A stretch of 50,429 nucleotides of DNA from Thermoplasmata archaeon (GTDB taxonomy: Archaea > Thermoplasmatota > Thermoplasmata > Lutacidiplasmatales > UBA184). How positions within the stretch are numbered: the first letter of the stretch is position 1; every line of letters starts with the position of its first letter. A program made the position numbers and the translations under genes. The notes beneath the pieces were generated by a model. That model worked only from the letters and a program-made list of their open reading frames with translations. It was not told the origin of the DNA and searched no databases. Shown here in pieces: positions 25,788 to 34,930 of the stretch. The stretch lies in NCBI GenBank assembly GCA_035624925.1, contig DASPQN010000061.1, forward strand, positions 1-50,429, given 5' to 3'.

Positions 25788-28169
25788 TTAACCCCGGAGG
25801 TCGTCCGCGGTCTCGAGCGCGGAGGCGAGCTTCCGCGCCTCGCCGGCGAGGTCCGAGCGGAGGGTGTCCAGACCGTTCGCTTGGGCCTCGGCCAGCAGGG
25901 TTCGGGCTCCCGACCGGTCGCCGCGCTCCGCCGCCAGGCGAGCCCGCCGGAAGAGCATCTCGGCGACCTCCCCTTTCATCCCCATCCATCGGGCGTTCGC
26001 CAGCGACTGGGCGAACTCCCGCTCGGCGTCGTCGAACCGCCGCTCCTTTTCCGCCATGATCCCCCGGATCATCTGGAGCTGCTGCCGGGCGAGGCGGTCT
26101 CCGGTCGGCTCCAGGGTCCGCTCGGCCCGGTCGCTCTGCTGTCGGGCGAGCTCGATCTCGCCGAGCTCGGCGTGCCAGTGCGCCGCGTTGATCAGGCAGT
26201 AGCCGATCCAGATCGGCGAGCGGGAACGCTCGGCCGCGTCCAGGGCGTGGTCGATGTCGCGCATCGCCTCCTCGACGCGGCCGATGCGGTACTCGAGGAC
26301 GGCCCGGTTCATCAACACCCGCGCGGAGGCGTTCGGGTCGTCCTCCTTGGCGAAGAGGGCGGCGGCGCGGGCGTAGAGCGCGAGCGTCGGTTCGACGTAC
26401 TCCGGCCCCCGCGGAAGGAGCGTGTTGGCGACGTCGATCAGCGCATGGCCGTGCTCGTGAGGCGTCCCGTCGCGCTCGGCGATCGCGAGGGCGGCGCGCT
26501 GGTGCCGCTCCGCGAGGTCGAGGTCCGACCGGCGCCAGTAGAGGGTCCCGAGGACCCGGTGGGCCGCGAAGAGGTCGCGCGGGCTCCCGGCGCGCTCGAG
26601 CCGCGCCGCCGCCTCGAGCGCGAGCGGTTCGGCCGCGGCGTAGTCGCTCCGCTCGACCCGGGTCCACGCGAGGCCGAGCAGCGCCCGCCCGAGGGGGACG
26701 TCGAAGTCGGTCTCGCCGCGCGCGAGGGCGACCGCCTCGCTCAGCTCGAGCTCGGAACCGGCGAGGTCCCCGGCCTCGTCCATGAGGCGGCCGGCCTCGG
26801 TGAGGAGGCGTACCTCGAGACGGGGGTCGCGCTTGGGGAGCCGACGTTCGGCCTCCAGCGACTGCCGAAGGAGCGACAGCGCCGTGTCGAACGCGTAGGC
26901 ACTCGCCGCCTGCTCGGCCGCCCGCACCCCGTACTCGATCGCCTTCGGGTCGTCGCGTCCGAGGTAGTAGTGCCGGGCGAGCTCGAAGTCGCTCGCTCCC
27001 CCGCGGGCCTCGAGGGTCTTCGCGACCTTGCGGTGGAGGATCGCCCGGCGGGTCTCGGTCACGCCGGAGTACAGGCCGGCCCGGAACTCCTCGCTCGCGA
27101 ACTCGTAGACCTCGCCTCCCCGCTCCCGGAGGATCCCTCCGCGGACGAGCCGGTCGACCGCCTCGGAGAGCCGCTCCTCCGACAGGTCGACCGCCGACCG
27201 AAGTCGAGCGAAGTCGAACTCGCGTCCGAGCACGCTCGCGTAGGTGAGGGCCCGGCGGTCGACCTCGTCCAGCGACCCTACCCGCTCGAGGAGCGCCCCG
27301 GTCAGGTCCTCGGCCTGCGTCGACGGCCGCGTCGGAGAGCGGCCCGTCCCGGAGGCCGAGCGCACGAGGAGTTCGACGAACAGCGGGTGACCCTCGGTCT
27401 CCGCCTTCCAGCGGAGCACGTCCTGGGACGACGGCGAGACCCCGTCCCTCAGCCAGGTGGCGAACTCGGCGATCTCCGCCGACGTGAACGGACGGACCTC
27501 GACCGACTTGAACGCCTCCTCCGTCCTCCAGCGAGCGACGGACGGCTTCGCCCGGGCAGGCACCCCGGGCCCGGGGTCGACCGTCGCGATGAACGCGACG
27601 CCCCGGGTCGGACCCTCCCGGGCCAGGCCTTCCACGAAGTCGAGCGAACCGGCGTCGGCCAGGTGGAGGTCGTCGACCAGCACCGCCACGGGTCGCCGCC
27701 GGGCGAGCTCGCCAAACCTCTCGAGGAACCGGACCCGGACGGCCTGGAGTACCGAGCCGAGCCCCTCGACGGACGTTCGTCCGAGCGGCGCCAGGAGCCG
27801 CTCGAGATCGTCCTCGGCCGTGCGGCCCGAGCTCGTCTCCTCCGTCGGCCGCCCGGCGAGCAGCGGAAGGAGCGGGTCATTCCCCGCGTGCTCCTCCCCC
27901 CCGGCGGCGGTGAGGAGGTCCCGGACGAGCCGGAACGGTTCGGCGAGCTCCCCGGGAAGGGCCCGGCCCCGGACGGGGACGAACCCCCTCGCCTCCGCCC
28001 GCGTCGCGGCCTCCCCGAGGATGACCGACTTGCCGCTTCCTCCCCCACCCACGAGCAGGACCGCCTTCCCCCGGGACGTGCCGACCTCGTCGAGCGCGCG
28101 CTCGACCTCCTCGATCACCTCCGACCGCCCGAACAGCGGTCGCCGCCGTGCCGCCGGGACGTAGCTCAT
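25788..28169 (-). CDS. AAA_16 (STAND-like) ATPase - winged-helix - TPR protein
   Basis: 793 aa. Walker A LLVGGGGSGKSV, Walker B-like VAVLVDDLHLADAGSLDFV, WH-like LTYASVLGREFDFARL...GGILRERGG..YEFASEEFR, then about 400 aa of TPR-like A/E/L/R helices. No HTH/LuxR or enzymatic effector domain seen. Confidence 0.85.
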   Translation of the reverse strand: MSYVPAARRRPLFGRSEVIEEVERALDEVGTSRGKAVLLVGGGGSGKSVILGEAATRAEARGFVPVRGRALPGELAEPFRLVRDLLTAAGGEEHAGNDPLLPLLAGRPTEETSSGRTAEDDLERLLAPLGRTSVEGLGSVLQAVRVRFLERFGELARRRPVAVLVDDLHLADAGSLDFVEGLAREGPTRGVAFIATVDPGPGVPARAKPSVARWRTEEAFKSVEVRPFTSAEIAEFATWLRDGVSPSSQDVLRWKAETEGHPLFVELLVRSASGTGRSPTRPSTQAEDLTGALLERVGSLDEVDRRALTYASVLGREFDFARLRSAVDLSEERLSEAVDRLVRGGILRERGGEVYEFASEEFRAGLYSGVTETRRAILHRKVAKTLEARGGASDFELARHYYLGRDDPKAIEYGVRAAEQAASAYAFDTALSLLRQSLEAERRLPKRDPRLEVRLLTEAGRLMDEAGDLAGSELELSEAVALARGETDFDVPLGRALLGLAWTRVERSDYAAAEPLALEAAARLERAGSPRDLFAAHRVLGTLYWRRSDLDLAERHQRAALAIAERDGTPHEHGHALIDVANTLLPRGPEYVEPTLALYARAAALFAKEDDPNASARVLMNRAVLEYRIGRVEEAMRDIDHALDAAERSRSPIWIGYCLINAAHWHAELGEIELARQQSDRAERTLEPTGDRLARQQLQMIRGIMAEKERRFDDAEREFAQSLANARWMGMKGEVAEMLFRRARLAAERGDRSGARTLLAEAQANGLDTLRSDLAGEARKLASALETADDLRG

Positions 28170-28188
28170 CGGACTAACCGGCCCCCGT

Positions 28189-29802
28189 TCATCCGACCGG
28201 GGTCCCGGCGTCCGCGCCGCCGGTGTTGGTCTCGGGCTCCTTCGGCTTGGGTTCGCCCGCGTCCGCCAGAGCCCCGAGCTGCTGCTTGAGCTCGGAGTAC
28301 GTTCGCTCGAGGCGAGGGGAGAGCTCGGTGACCTTGAGCTCGGTCGCCCGAGCGAACGCCGCGCGGGCAGCCTCCAGGTCGCGCGTCTTGAAGCGGAGCC
28401 GGGCCAGGTAGAGCTGCGCGTCCGCCTCGTCCGCCATCAGGCCGAGCTTCCGCGCCAGTCCCGCGGAGGTGGCGTAGGCCTGGGCCGCGTCGTCCCAACG
28501 ACCGCGCTTCTCCTCGATCCGTCCCCGGTTGAGCATCACCTGCTCGGAACCGAGAGCGTCCGCGAGGCCCTCGAGGAGCCGGCCCGCCTGGTCGTTGTCG
28601 CGCTGGGCCTCGTCCAGCTGGCCGAGCGCGATCCGCAGCTCGACCCCCGACAGGAGCGAACGGCCGATGGCGCGAGTATCGTGGCCCTGGGTCGCCGCCT
28701 CTCGGGCCCGCTCGAGCAGCTCGAGCCCTTCGTCCGGACGCGCCTCCCCCACGGTCGTGCCCAGGTGGTGGAGCGCACGGGCGAGCTCGGACCAGTTCCG
28801 GCCGGCGCGCAGCCGTTCGACCGCCCGCTGGAACCACTCGACGGCGACCGGACGGACCTCCTCGCCGAGCGCCGTGAACGCGTTGCCGAGGTCGATCGAG
28901 AGCCGCCCCAGCGCGGTCTGGTCGGCCCCGGGCGGCAAGGCCTCCAGGGCACGCATCGATTCGTCCAGCGCGTCGCGGTAGCGCCCGTGCTGGAACGCCA
29001 CCCGACCGAGGAGGCGATAGGCCTGCGCCTCGCCGTACGGGTCGGGGTCGACCTGGAAGAGGCGGAGCGCCTCCCGCGCCCCCTCGACGGCCCGCCGTGA
29101 GTCCAAGCTCTCCCGCGCCACCTCGGCCCGGGCGAGGAGGAGCCGCGCGCGAATCCGGGGGAGCTCGTGCTCCACGTGCTCGAGCGCCTCTCGGTAGTAG
29201 CGGTCCGCCGCACGGAACGAACCGACCGAGAACGACAGGTCGCCCAGCGTCTCGGCGATCTCCGTGCGCTCGGCCTCGCGGCCGCCTCCCAGCGAGGTGA
29301 GGTCGACGAGCGCCCGTTCGAGCGGGTGGATCGCCGCGGCCGGGTCGTTCGCCGCGCGGGCGACCTCGGCGGCGCGTCGGTTGTAGGCGTACGACTTCTC
29401 GGGGACCTTCCCGAGGAAGAAATGGCGTCCGAGCTCGGCGACCACCGGGTCGGACGGCTCGGGGTTCGCTCGCTCGAGGGCCTCGGCGATCTTGCGGTGG
29501 AGGACCCTCAGCCGGCTCTCGGTCATCGACCGGTAGACGGCCCCCCGGTCCTCCTCCTCCGCGAAGGCGAACCGTCCCCCGCCGGAACGCTCGCGGACCA
29601 ACCCGAGGGCGACCAGCTTCTCGAGGTTCTCGACGAGCGGTTCCTCCTCCGCGCCCATCGCCACGCGAAGCAGGTCGAACGAGAACTCCGGGCCGATCGC
29701 GCTAGCGTAGGCGAGGACCCGAACGAGGTCCGGGGGGAGCGTCGCGAGGGCCGCGCGAGGTCCTCGGGCCGGAGGCGTGTCGGCGCTCGCGGCCTCGGCC
29801 AT
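28189..29802 (-). CDS. winged-helix - TPR protein, NTPase-less paralog of the downstream ATPase-TPR protein
   Basis: ATG 29802 within ORF 28189..29931 (MAEAASADTPP...). VLAYASAIGPEFSFDLLRVAM...LGLVRERSGGGRFAFAEEEDRGAVY...VLHRKIAEALE parallels the WH segment of the 793-aa protein. TPR-like repeats follow. TATA-like box lies about 30 nt upstream of 29802. Confidence 0.8.
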   Translation of the reverse strand: MAEAASADTPPARGPRAALATLPPDLVRVLAYASAIGPEFSFDLLRVAMGAEEEPLVENLEKLVALGLVRERSGGGRFAFAEEEDRGAVYRSMTESRLRVLHRKIAEALERANPEPSDPVVAELGRHFFLGKVPEKSYAYNRRAAEVARAANDPAAAIHPLERALVDLTSLGGGREAERTEIAETLGDLSFSVGSFRAADRYYREALEHVEHELPRIRARLLLARAEVARESLDSRRAVEGAREALRLFQVDPDPYGEAQAYRLLGRVAFQHGRYRDALDESMRALEALPPGADQTALGRLSIDLGNAFTALGEEVRPVAVEWFQRAVERLRAGRNWSELARALHHLGTTVGEARPDEGLELLERAREAATQGHDTRAIGRSLLSGVELRIALGQLDEAQRDNDQAGRLLEGLADALGSEQVMLNRGRIEEKRGRWDDAAQAYATSAGLARKLGLMADEADAQLYLARLRFKTRDLEAARAAFARATELKVTELSPRLERTYSELKQQLGALADAGEPKPKEPETNTGGADAGTPVG

Positions 29803-29827
29803 CGTCAGGGTTCTAGTCCGCCCGAGG

Positions 29828-29835
29828 GATTTAGC
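29828..29835 (-). promoter_or_regulatory. TATA-like box for the WH-TPR / ATPase-TPR / menG-like / aminotransferase string
   Basis: Plus gatttagc = minus GCTAAATC, centred about 30 nt upstream of ATG 29802. No comparable A/T patch in the 19-, 24- and 24-nt gaps between the four downstream genes. Confidence 0.4.
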
Positions 29836-29966
29836 CCTCGCGCACGAGGCGGCGAGGGGGGCCGGGGCGCGGCAGCCCCGGGAGGGTTCGCGGCCCGGAC
29901 CGCGCAGCCTCCGGGCCCGCCTCGTCCGCAAGAGTTATCATGCGCACCCCGGGTCGGCGGGGACCG

Positions 29967-30230
29967 ATGGCCGCCGACGGGTCCGAGCCGGGCGAGGCGA
30001 ACGGGACCGGGGCCCCGCGCCCGTTGTCGCTCCCTCGCACGGTCAGCTTCTGGGGGTTCGCGACGCTCGTCGTCCTCGCGGTCGCCTTCTACCTCTGGTG
30101 GGGGCTCGAGTTCGGCGTCTGGATCGACAACGGGGTCTACGCCGTCACGATCACGCTGCTGCTGTTCGGCCTCGCCGGGATGTGGCTCGTCCTCCCGAAC
30201 CCTCCGGCGCCGTCGCCCCCGCCGCGCTAG
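29967..30230 (+). CDS. small 2-TM membrane protein, hypothetical
   Basis: ORF 29940..30230 with high GC3 and two clear TM helices. agagttatc (29931-29939) abuts ATG 29940 and lies about 31 nt upstream of ATG 29967, so I prefer 29967 (MAADGSEPG...). Confidence 0.55.
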   Translation: MAADGSEPGEANGTGAPRPLSLPRTVSFWGFATLVVLAVAFYLWWGLEFGVWIDNGVYAVTITLLLFGLAGMWLVLPNPPAPSPPPR

Positions 30231-30261
30231 GCGCTGGGGCGCGAGCGCCGGGGCCGGCCCG

Positions 30262-31689
30262 TCACATCGGTTGGGCGGCGAGCGCCGTCCGGATCCCGTC
30301 CGTACGGCCGCAGCCGACGCACGATGGCGGCGGCGCGACCGGGAACGGCAGCGGTTCCTCCGGCGTGCCGAGGAGCGCCCCGTCGATCGCGCGTTCGATC
30401 GCATGGCCGCACTCTTCTGCGCCGCACCAGCCGACCAGCCGCACCGTCTTCGAGCCGGCGAGCTCGGCGAGGCTCAGCGCGGGCGTGATCGCCTCTCGGA
30501 AGCTCGCCCCGGCTCGACGCGCCAGCTCGCTGTCGAACTCGGCGAGCCGGGAGCCGACGTCGTCGCCGAGCGTCGTCCGGCCGACCTCGCCCTTCCGCCC
30601 GAGGCGGTCGACGCTCGTCAGGTGGCCGCTGTCGACCTCGCGGGGGCCGATCTCGAGGCGGAGCGGGACGCCGGCGAGCTCCCACCGATAGTACTTTGCG
30701 CCGGGCCGCTCGTCGCCGTCATCCAGGACGACCCGTCGCCCCGCCCGTCGGAGCTCCTCCGTAACCTCCTTGGCGGCCGCCCCGACGGCGGCCGAGGCCG
30801 CTCCCGCGAGGACGGGGATGACGACGACCTCGTAGGGGGCGACCGCGCTCGGGAAGACGACGCCCCGTCGGTCGCCGTGCATCCCGACGATCGCTCCGAG
30901 GAGCCGCTCCGAGAGGCCGAACGTCGTCTGGTGGACGAGGCGCTCGGAACCGTCCGGGGCTTCGTAGCGGATGCCGTACGGGACGGAGAAGTTGTCGCGG
31001 TAGTGATGAACGCTCCCCAGCTGGAGGGTCCGGGCCCCGGCCAGCGGCAGGTCGAAGGCGATCGTGTAGTGCGCCCCCGCGAACTTGTCCCACTCGGGGC
31101 GGCGGACCGCGAGGTACGGGAGCGCGAACGCCCCCGCCATGCGTCGGAACGCGTCGAGGTTCGACCTCACCCGCTCCGTCGCGTGCTCCTCGTCGAGCTG
31201 GCATGTGTGCTCCTCGAAGAAGTGGATCTCGCGGACGCGGACGAACGGGCGGGTCGTCTTCGTCTCGTAGCGGAACGTGTTGACGATCTGGTAGACGTTG
31301 AGCGGCAGGTCGCGATGGGACCGCACCCACAGGGCGAAGATCGGGTACATCGCGGTCTCGCTGGTCGGCCGCAGGACGAGCGGGACGTCCAGCTCGGTCA
31401 AGCCGCCCTTGGTGACCCAGAAGACCTGGGCGTCGAACCCTTTGATGTGTTCCTTCTCCTTCGCGAACTCGGTCGCGGGGATCAGCGCCGGGAACTCCAC
31501 GGCCTGCGATCCCGTCGCCTCGATCTCACGGACGAGGACGCGGTCGAGGTTCCTTCGTGCGCGGAAGCCGTACGGCGTCCAGACGTTCATCCCCTTGACG
31601 CCGTAGCGCTTGTCGGAGAGGTTCGCCGCGTCGATGACGGCGAGGTACCACTCGATGAACGATGCGCGCTTGTCGGGGAACTCCGCCAT
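30262..31689 (-). CDS. proS: proline--tRNA ligase (archaeal/eukaryotic type)
   Basis: 475 aa. FIEWYLAVIDAANLSDKRYGVKGMNVWTPYGF, FRYETKTTRPFVRVREIHFFE, C-terminal Zn-binding-type domain (CGAEECG...CVGCG). Confidence 0.93.
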   Translation of the reverse strand: MAEFPDKRASFIEWYLAVIDAANLSDKRYGVKGMNVWTPYGFRARRNLDRVLVREIEATGSQAVEFPALIPATEFAKEKEHIKGFDAQVFWVTKGGLTELDVPLVLRPTSETAMYPIFALWVRSHRDLPLNVYQIVNTFRYETKTTRPFVRVREIHFFEEHTCQLDEEHATERVRSNLDAFRRMAGAFALPYLAVRRPEWDKFAGAHYTIAFDLPLAGARTLQLGSVHHYRDNFSVPYGIRYEAPDGSERLVHQTTFGLSERLLGAIVGMHGDRRGVVFPSAVAPYEVVVIPVLAGAASAAVGAAAKEVTEELRRAGRRVVLDDGDERPGAKYYRWELAGVPLRLEIGPREVDSGHLTSVDRLGRKGEVGRTTLGDDVGSRLAEFDSELARRAGASFREAITPALSLAELAGSKTVRLVGWCGAEECGHAIERAIDGALLGTPEEPLPFPVAPPPSCVGCGRTDGIRTALAAQPM

Positions 31690-31714
31690 CGGGCGGGGCC
31701 GACCGGCCGCGGGG

Positions 31715-31723
31715 AGTATATCA
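31715..31723 (-). promoter_or_regulatory. TATA-like box for proS
   Basis: Plus agtatatca, centred about 30 nt upstream of ATG 31689. Confidence 0.4.
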
Positions 31724-31813
31724 CTGCGGGGTGACCGCCCCGGACGGCGCGGCGACGACGCCGACCCGACCGCGACGCCGCCGCCCGCGGCGCTGTTGCC
31801 TACGAAACTAAGG

Positions 31814-31821
31814 CGTTAAGC
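31814..31821 (+). promoter_or_regulatory. TATA-like box for the DUF373 gene
   Basis: cgttaagc, centred about 30 nt upstream of ATG 31848. Confidence 0.35.
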
Positions 31822-31847
31822 TGCGGACCGGCTCTAGTTCTTGGGCC

Positions 31848-32936
31848 ATGCGCCTGGTCGTCTGCGTCGACCGCGACGATGACCTCGGGCGCAAGGCCAA
31901 GCTCGACGGACCCATCGTCGGCCGGGCGGAGGTGGTGGACGCCGCGGTCCGTCTCGGGACCGTCGACCCCGAGGATTCCGACACCAACGCGCTCTTCGCG
32001 GCCGTGTCGCTCCAGGACGAGCTCAAGGGCTCGGGCGAGGAGTGCGAGGTCTGCGTCCTGACCGGCTCGGGCAAGGTCGGGATCGCGTCGGACCGTCGTG
32101 TGGCCGAGCAGTTCGACCAGGTCCTCGACCGCGTCCACGCGAGCTCCGCCTACCTCGTGAGCGACGGGGCGGAGGACGAGTACCTGTTCCCGATCCTCGC
32201 CTCGCGCGTCCGGATCGACGGGGTGCGCCGCGTCTTCGTCCGCCAGAGCGCGAGCCTCGAATCGACCTACTACACCCTCGTCCGGGCGCTCAAGGACCCG
32301 AAGCTGCGGGCCAAGACGATCCTGCCGTTCGCCTTCGTCCTGCTCATCCTCGGCTTCGCGGCCGCCGGGGGCGTGCTCGTGTGGGGGGTGATCGGGCTCG
32401 CGATCGTGCTCGGGGTCTACCTCATCTTCTGGACGTTCGACATCGACGAGGCGCTGATCGACGCGGTGCGGAGCGCGTCGTCGGACACCCGCCAGGGTTC
32501 GGTGGCGTTCGGCTTCGGGCTGTTCGCGCTCGCGCTCGTCGGGCTAGGGTTCCTCACGGGCTACAATCAGTACCTCTCCAACCACGGCTCGCCCCTGTTC
32601 GACCGGGTCCTATTGTTCCTGCAGACCGGCCTCCTCTGGTGGATCCTCGGCGCCATCGTTTGGGAGACCGGACGTTCCCTCCGCCGGATGTTCGCACGCG
32701 GGGCGTTCCCCCGCTCGTTCGTCGTCTCGACGACCTCGGTGATCGGGGTCGGGTTCGTCAGCTACGGGATCGTCTTCCTCGTCCGCTACCTCCAAGGGCT
32801 CGCCGGGATCGCCCAGGTGCCGTTCCTCGCCGGCCTGATCGTCACGGGGCTCGGGCTCGTGATCGGGGCGGGGATGATCCACCAACACTTCCGGTCGGCG
32901 GCCCGCGCCTCGTCCGAGCCGACGACGGTCGGCTAA
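31848..32936 (+). CDS. DUF373-family archaeal membrane protein
   Basis: 362 aa. MRLVVCVDRDDDLGRKA...GPIVGR..V..AA..LG..DPEDSDTNALF.AV is the hallmark DUF373 N-terminal domain, followed by 6-7 TM helices. Confidence 0.85.
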   Translation: MRLVVCVDRDDDLGRKAKLDGPIVGRAEVVDAAVRLGTVDPEDSDTNALFAAVSLQDELKGSGEECEVCVLTGSGKVGIASDRRVAEQFDQVLDRVHASSAYLVSDGAEDEYLFPILASRVRIDGVRRVFVRQSASLESTYYTLVRALKDPKLRAKTILPFAFVLLILGFAAAGGVLVWGVIGLAIVLGVYLIFWTFDIDEALIDAVRSASSDTRQGSVAFGFGLFALALVGLGFLTGYNQYLSNHGSPLFDRVLLFLQTGLLWWILGAIVWETGRSLRRMFARGAFPRSFVVSTTSVIGVGFVSYGIVFLVRYLQGLAGIAQVPFLAGLIVTGLGLVIGAGMIHQHFRSAARASSEPTTVG

Positions 32937-33541
32937 CGCGGCTCCGCGAGGACCCGGCGCACGTCCTCGACGGGGACCTCGAGGCCGCAGCGGTCGCGGA
33001 GGGTCGCCCGGACCTTCTCGACGCCCGGCCCGAGCGATTCGGCCCGGGCGGCGAGCGTCCTGAGGTCCTCCCAGTAGTTCCAGGGAAAGACGACCCAGAC
33101 CCACGCGTCGCGGGGGATCTCCTCGGCGTAGTACGTCGGGACGAACTTCGCGTGGGCGATATGCACGAACGCGGCGGTCTCGAGGCTGCGCGGGCGGGCG
33201 GCCCGGACATGCTCGCTCGCGAGCCGCAGGCTCTCGCCGGTGTCGGTGATGTCGTCCACGACGAGGACCGCTTCGCCGCCGACCTCCCCCGAGAGCCCCT
33301 CGGTCAGCCGCGCCTGGCCGTCCCTCGCCGCGGTCACGCCCCAGTGCTGTACGCGGAGCGAGACGAGCCGGTGGACCCCCAGGCGGTCGCCCAGCAGCCG
33401 GGCCGGGACCCAGCCCCCTCGGGTCAGGCCGACGATCGCCTCCGGGCGGCTGCCCGCGGCGCGGACGCGCTCGACGACGCCGTCAGCCCACCGCTCGACC
33501 TCAGGCCACGTCGCCCGGCGGCACCTCGGTAGCTCGGCCAT
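32933..33541 (-). CDS. phosphoribosyltransferase (purine PRTase-like)
   Basis: 202 aa. IVGLTRGGWVPARLLGDRLG and the PRPP loop VLVVDDITDTGESL. The stop overlaps the DUF373 stop (CTAA, convergent). Confidence 0.8.
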   Translation of the reverse strand: MAELPRCRRATWPEVERWADGVVERVRAAGSRPEAIVGLTRGGWVPARLLGDRLGVHRLVSLRVQHWGVTAARDGQARLTEGLSGEVGGEAVLVVDDITDTGESLRLASEHVRAARPRSLETAAFVHIAHAKFVPTYYAEEIPRDAWVWVVFPWNYWEDLRTLAARAESLGPGVEKVRATLRDRCGLEVPVEDVRRVLAEPR

Positions 33542-33562
33542 CCGGGCGACGGAGGACCCTTC

Positions 33563-34825
33563 CTACGGATAGATTCCGCGGGTCTTGATCGCGTCCACGA
33601 CCCGCTGGATCGCGAGGACGTAGGCGGCCGTCCTGTTGTGGACCTTCTTCTCGGTCGCGATGCGGTGGACGTCGGCGTAGGACCGGACCATGACCCGCTC
33701 GAGGCGGGAGTTGACCTCTTCCAGGGGCCAGAAGAATCCTTGGATGTCCTGCGCCCACTCGAAGTAGCTCACGGTCACCCCTCCCGCGTTCGCGAGGATG
33801 TCCGGCAGCACGGTCACCTTCTTCTGGAAGAGGATCGTGTCCGCCTCGGGGAGCGTCGGGCCGTTCGCGGCCTCGGCGACCAGCTTCGCCTGGACCTTGT
33901 CGGCGTTCCGGCCGGTGAGGACGTTCTCGAGCGCCGCGGGGACCAGGATGTCGACCTTGGCCTCCAGCAGCTCCTCGTTCGACATCGCCTTGGTGCCGGG
34001 GAACCCGACGACCGAGCCGTGCTTCGCCTTGTACTCCTCGAGGGCGTGCGGGTTGAACCCGTCCGCCTTGTAGACGCCGCCCTTCGAGTCGGAGGCGGCG
34101 ACGATCGTCGCCCCCTGCTCGTCGTGCAGCAGGTTCGCCGCGACGCTCCCGGCGTTCCCGAACCCCTGGACCGCCACGGTACCGCCCTTCACGCGGACCC
34201 CGGCGTCCTTCGCGGCCTCCCGGATCGTGTAGGCGCATCCGCGACCCGTCGCCTCCCCGCGGCCCTCGCTGCCGCCGAGGGCGATCGGCTTACCGGTGAC
34301 GACGCCCGGGACGGAGTAGCCCTTCTGCATCGAGTACGTGTCCATGATCCAGCTCATCGTCTGGCTGTCGGTGTAGACGTCCGGCGCGGGGATGTCCATC
34401 TCCGGGCCGATGAGCGGGGCGATCTCGCTCGCGTAACGGCGGGTGAGGCGCTCGAGCTCGCCCTTCGTCATCGACTTCGGGTCGCAGATGACCCCGCCCT
34501 TCGCGCCGCCGTACGGGATGTTGACGACCGCGCACTTCCAGGTCATCCAGGCCGCGAGGGCCCGGACCTCGTCCAGCGAGACCTGCGGGTGGTAGCGGAT
34601 GCCGCCCTTGCACGGGCCGCGGGCCATGTTGTACTGCACCCGGTGGCCGGTGAAGACGCGGATGTTGCCGTCGTCCATCCGGACCGGGAAGTTGACGGTC
34701 AGCTCCCGCTTCGGGTGCTTAAGCATCTCGCGCATGCCCCCGTTGAGGCCGATGAGATCGGCCACGATGTCGACCTGGTGCTTCGCGGTCTCGAACGGGT
34801 TAGCGGAAGATCCTGCCTGCGGCAT
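33563..34825 (-). CDS. gdhA: glutamate dehydrogenase
   Basis: 420 aa. GPCKGGIRYHP, VNIPYGGAKGG, VQGFGNAGS. GAGGT lies 5 nt upstream of ATG, so this gene has a leader and SD. Confidence 0.93.
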   Translation of the reverse strand: MPQAGSSANPFETAKHQVDIVADLIGLNGGMREMLKHPKRELTVNFPVRMDDGNIRVFTGHRVQYNMARGPCKGGIRYHPQVSLDEVRALAAWMTWKCAVVNIPYGGAKGGVICDPKSMTKGELERLTRRYASEIAPLIGPEMDIPAPDVYTDSQTMSWIMDTYSMQKGYSVPGVVTGKPIALGGSEGRGEATGRGCAYTIREAAKDAGVRVKGGTVAVQGFGNAGSVAANLLHDEQGATIVAASDSKGGVYKADGFNPHALEEYKAKHGSVVGFPGTKAMSNEELLEAKVDILVPAALENVLTGRNADKVQAKLVAEAANGPTLPEADTILFQKKVTVLPDILANAGGVTVSYFEWAQDIQGFFWPLEEVNSRLERVMVRSYADVHRIATEKKVHNRTAAYVLAIQRVVDAIKTRGIYP

Positions 34826-34930
34826 CGCCTACCTCAGATCGATGGGGAGAGCGGGCCGGGATTACTTGAACGTGCCGTGGACCCTGCGAAACCCCAGCAC
34901 CCCCGCCGACCGCGGGACCCGGGGGCCGAG

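Noticed and set aside
25374-28289. Very long ORFs lying antisense to or out of frame with real genes. Examples: 971-aa 25374..28289 (+), 849-aa 24118..26667 (-), 855-aa 29167..31734 (+), 658-aa 33638..35614 (+), 645-aa 8208..10145 (+), 555-aa 20627..22294 (-), 490-aa 7498..8970 (-), 418-aa 14573..15829 (-).
   Set aside because: Their translations are R/P/G/D-rich low-complexity strings with no motifs. Each mirrors a gene on the other strand or frame that has clear family signatures. Long stop-free alternative frames are expected in very GC-rich DNA.
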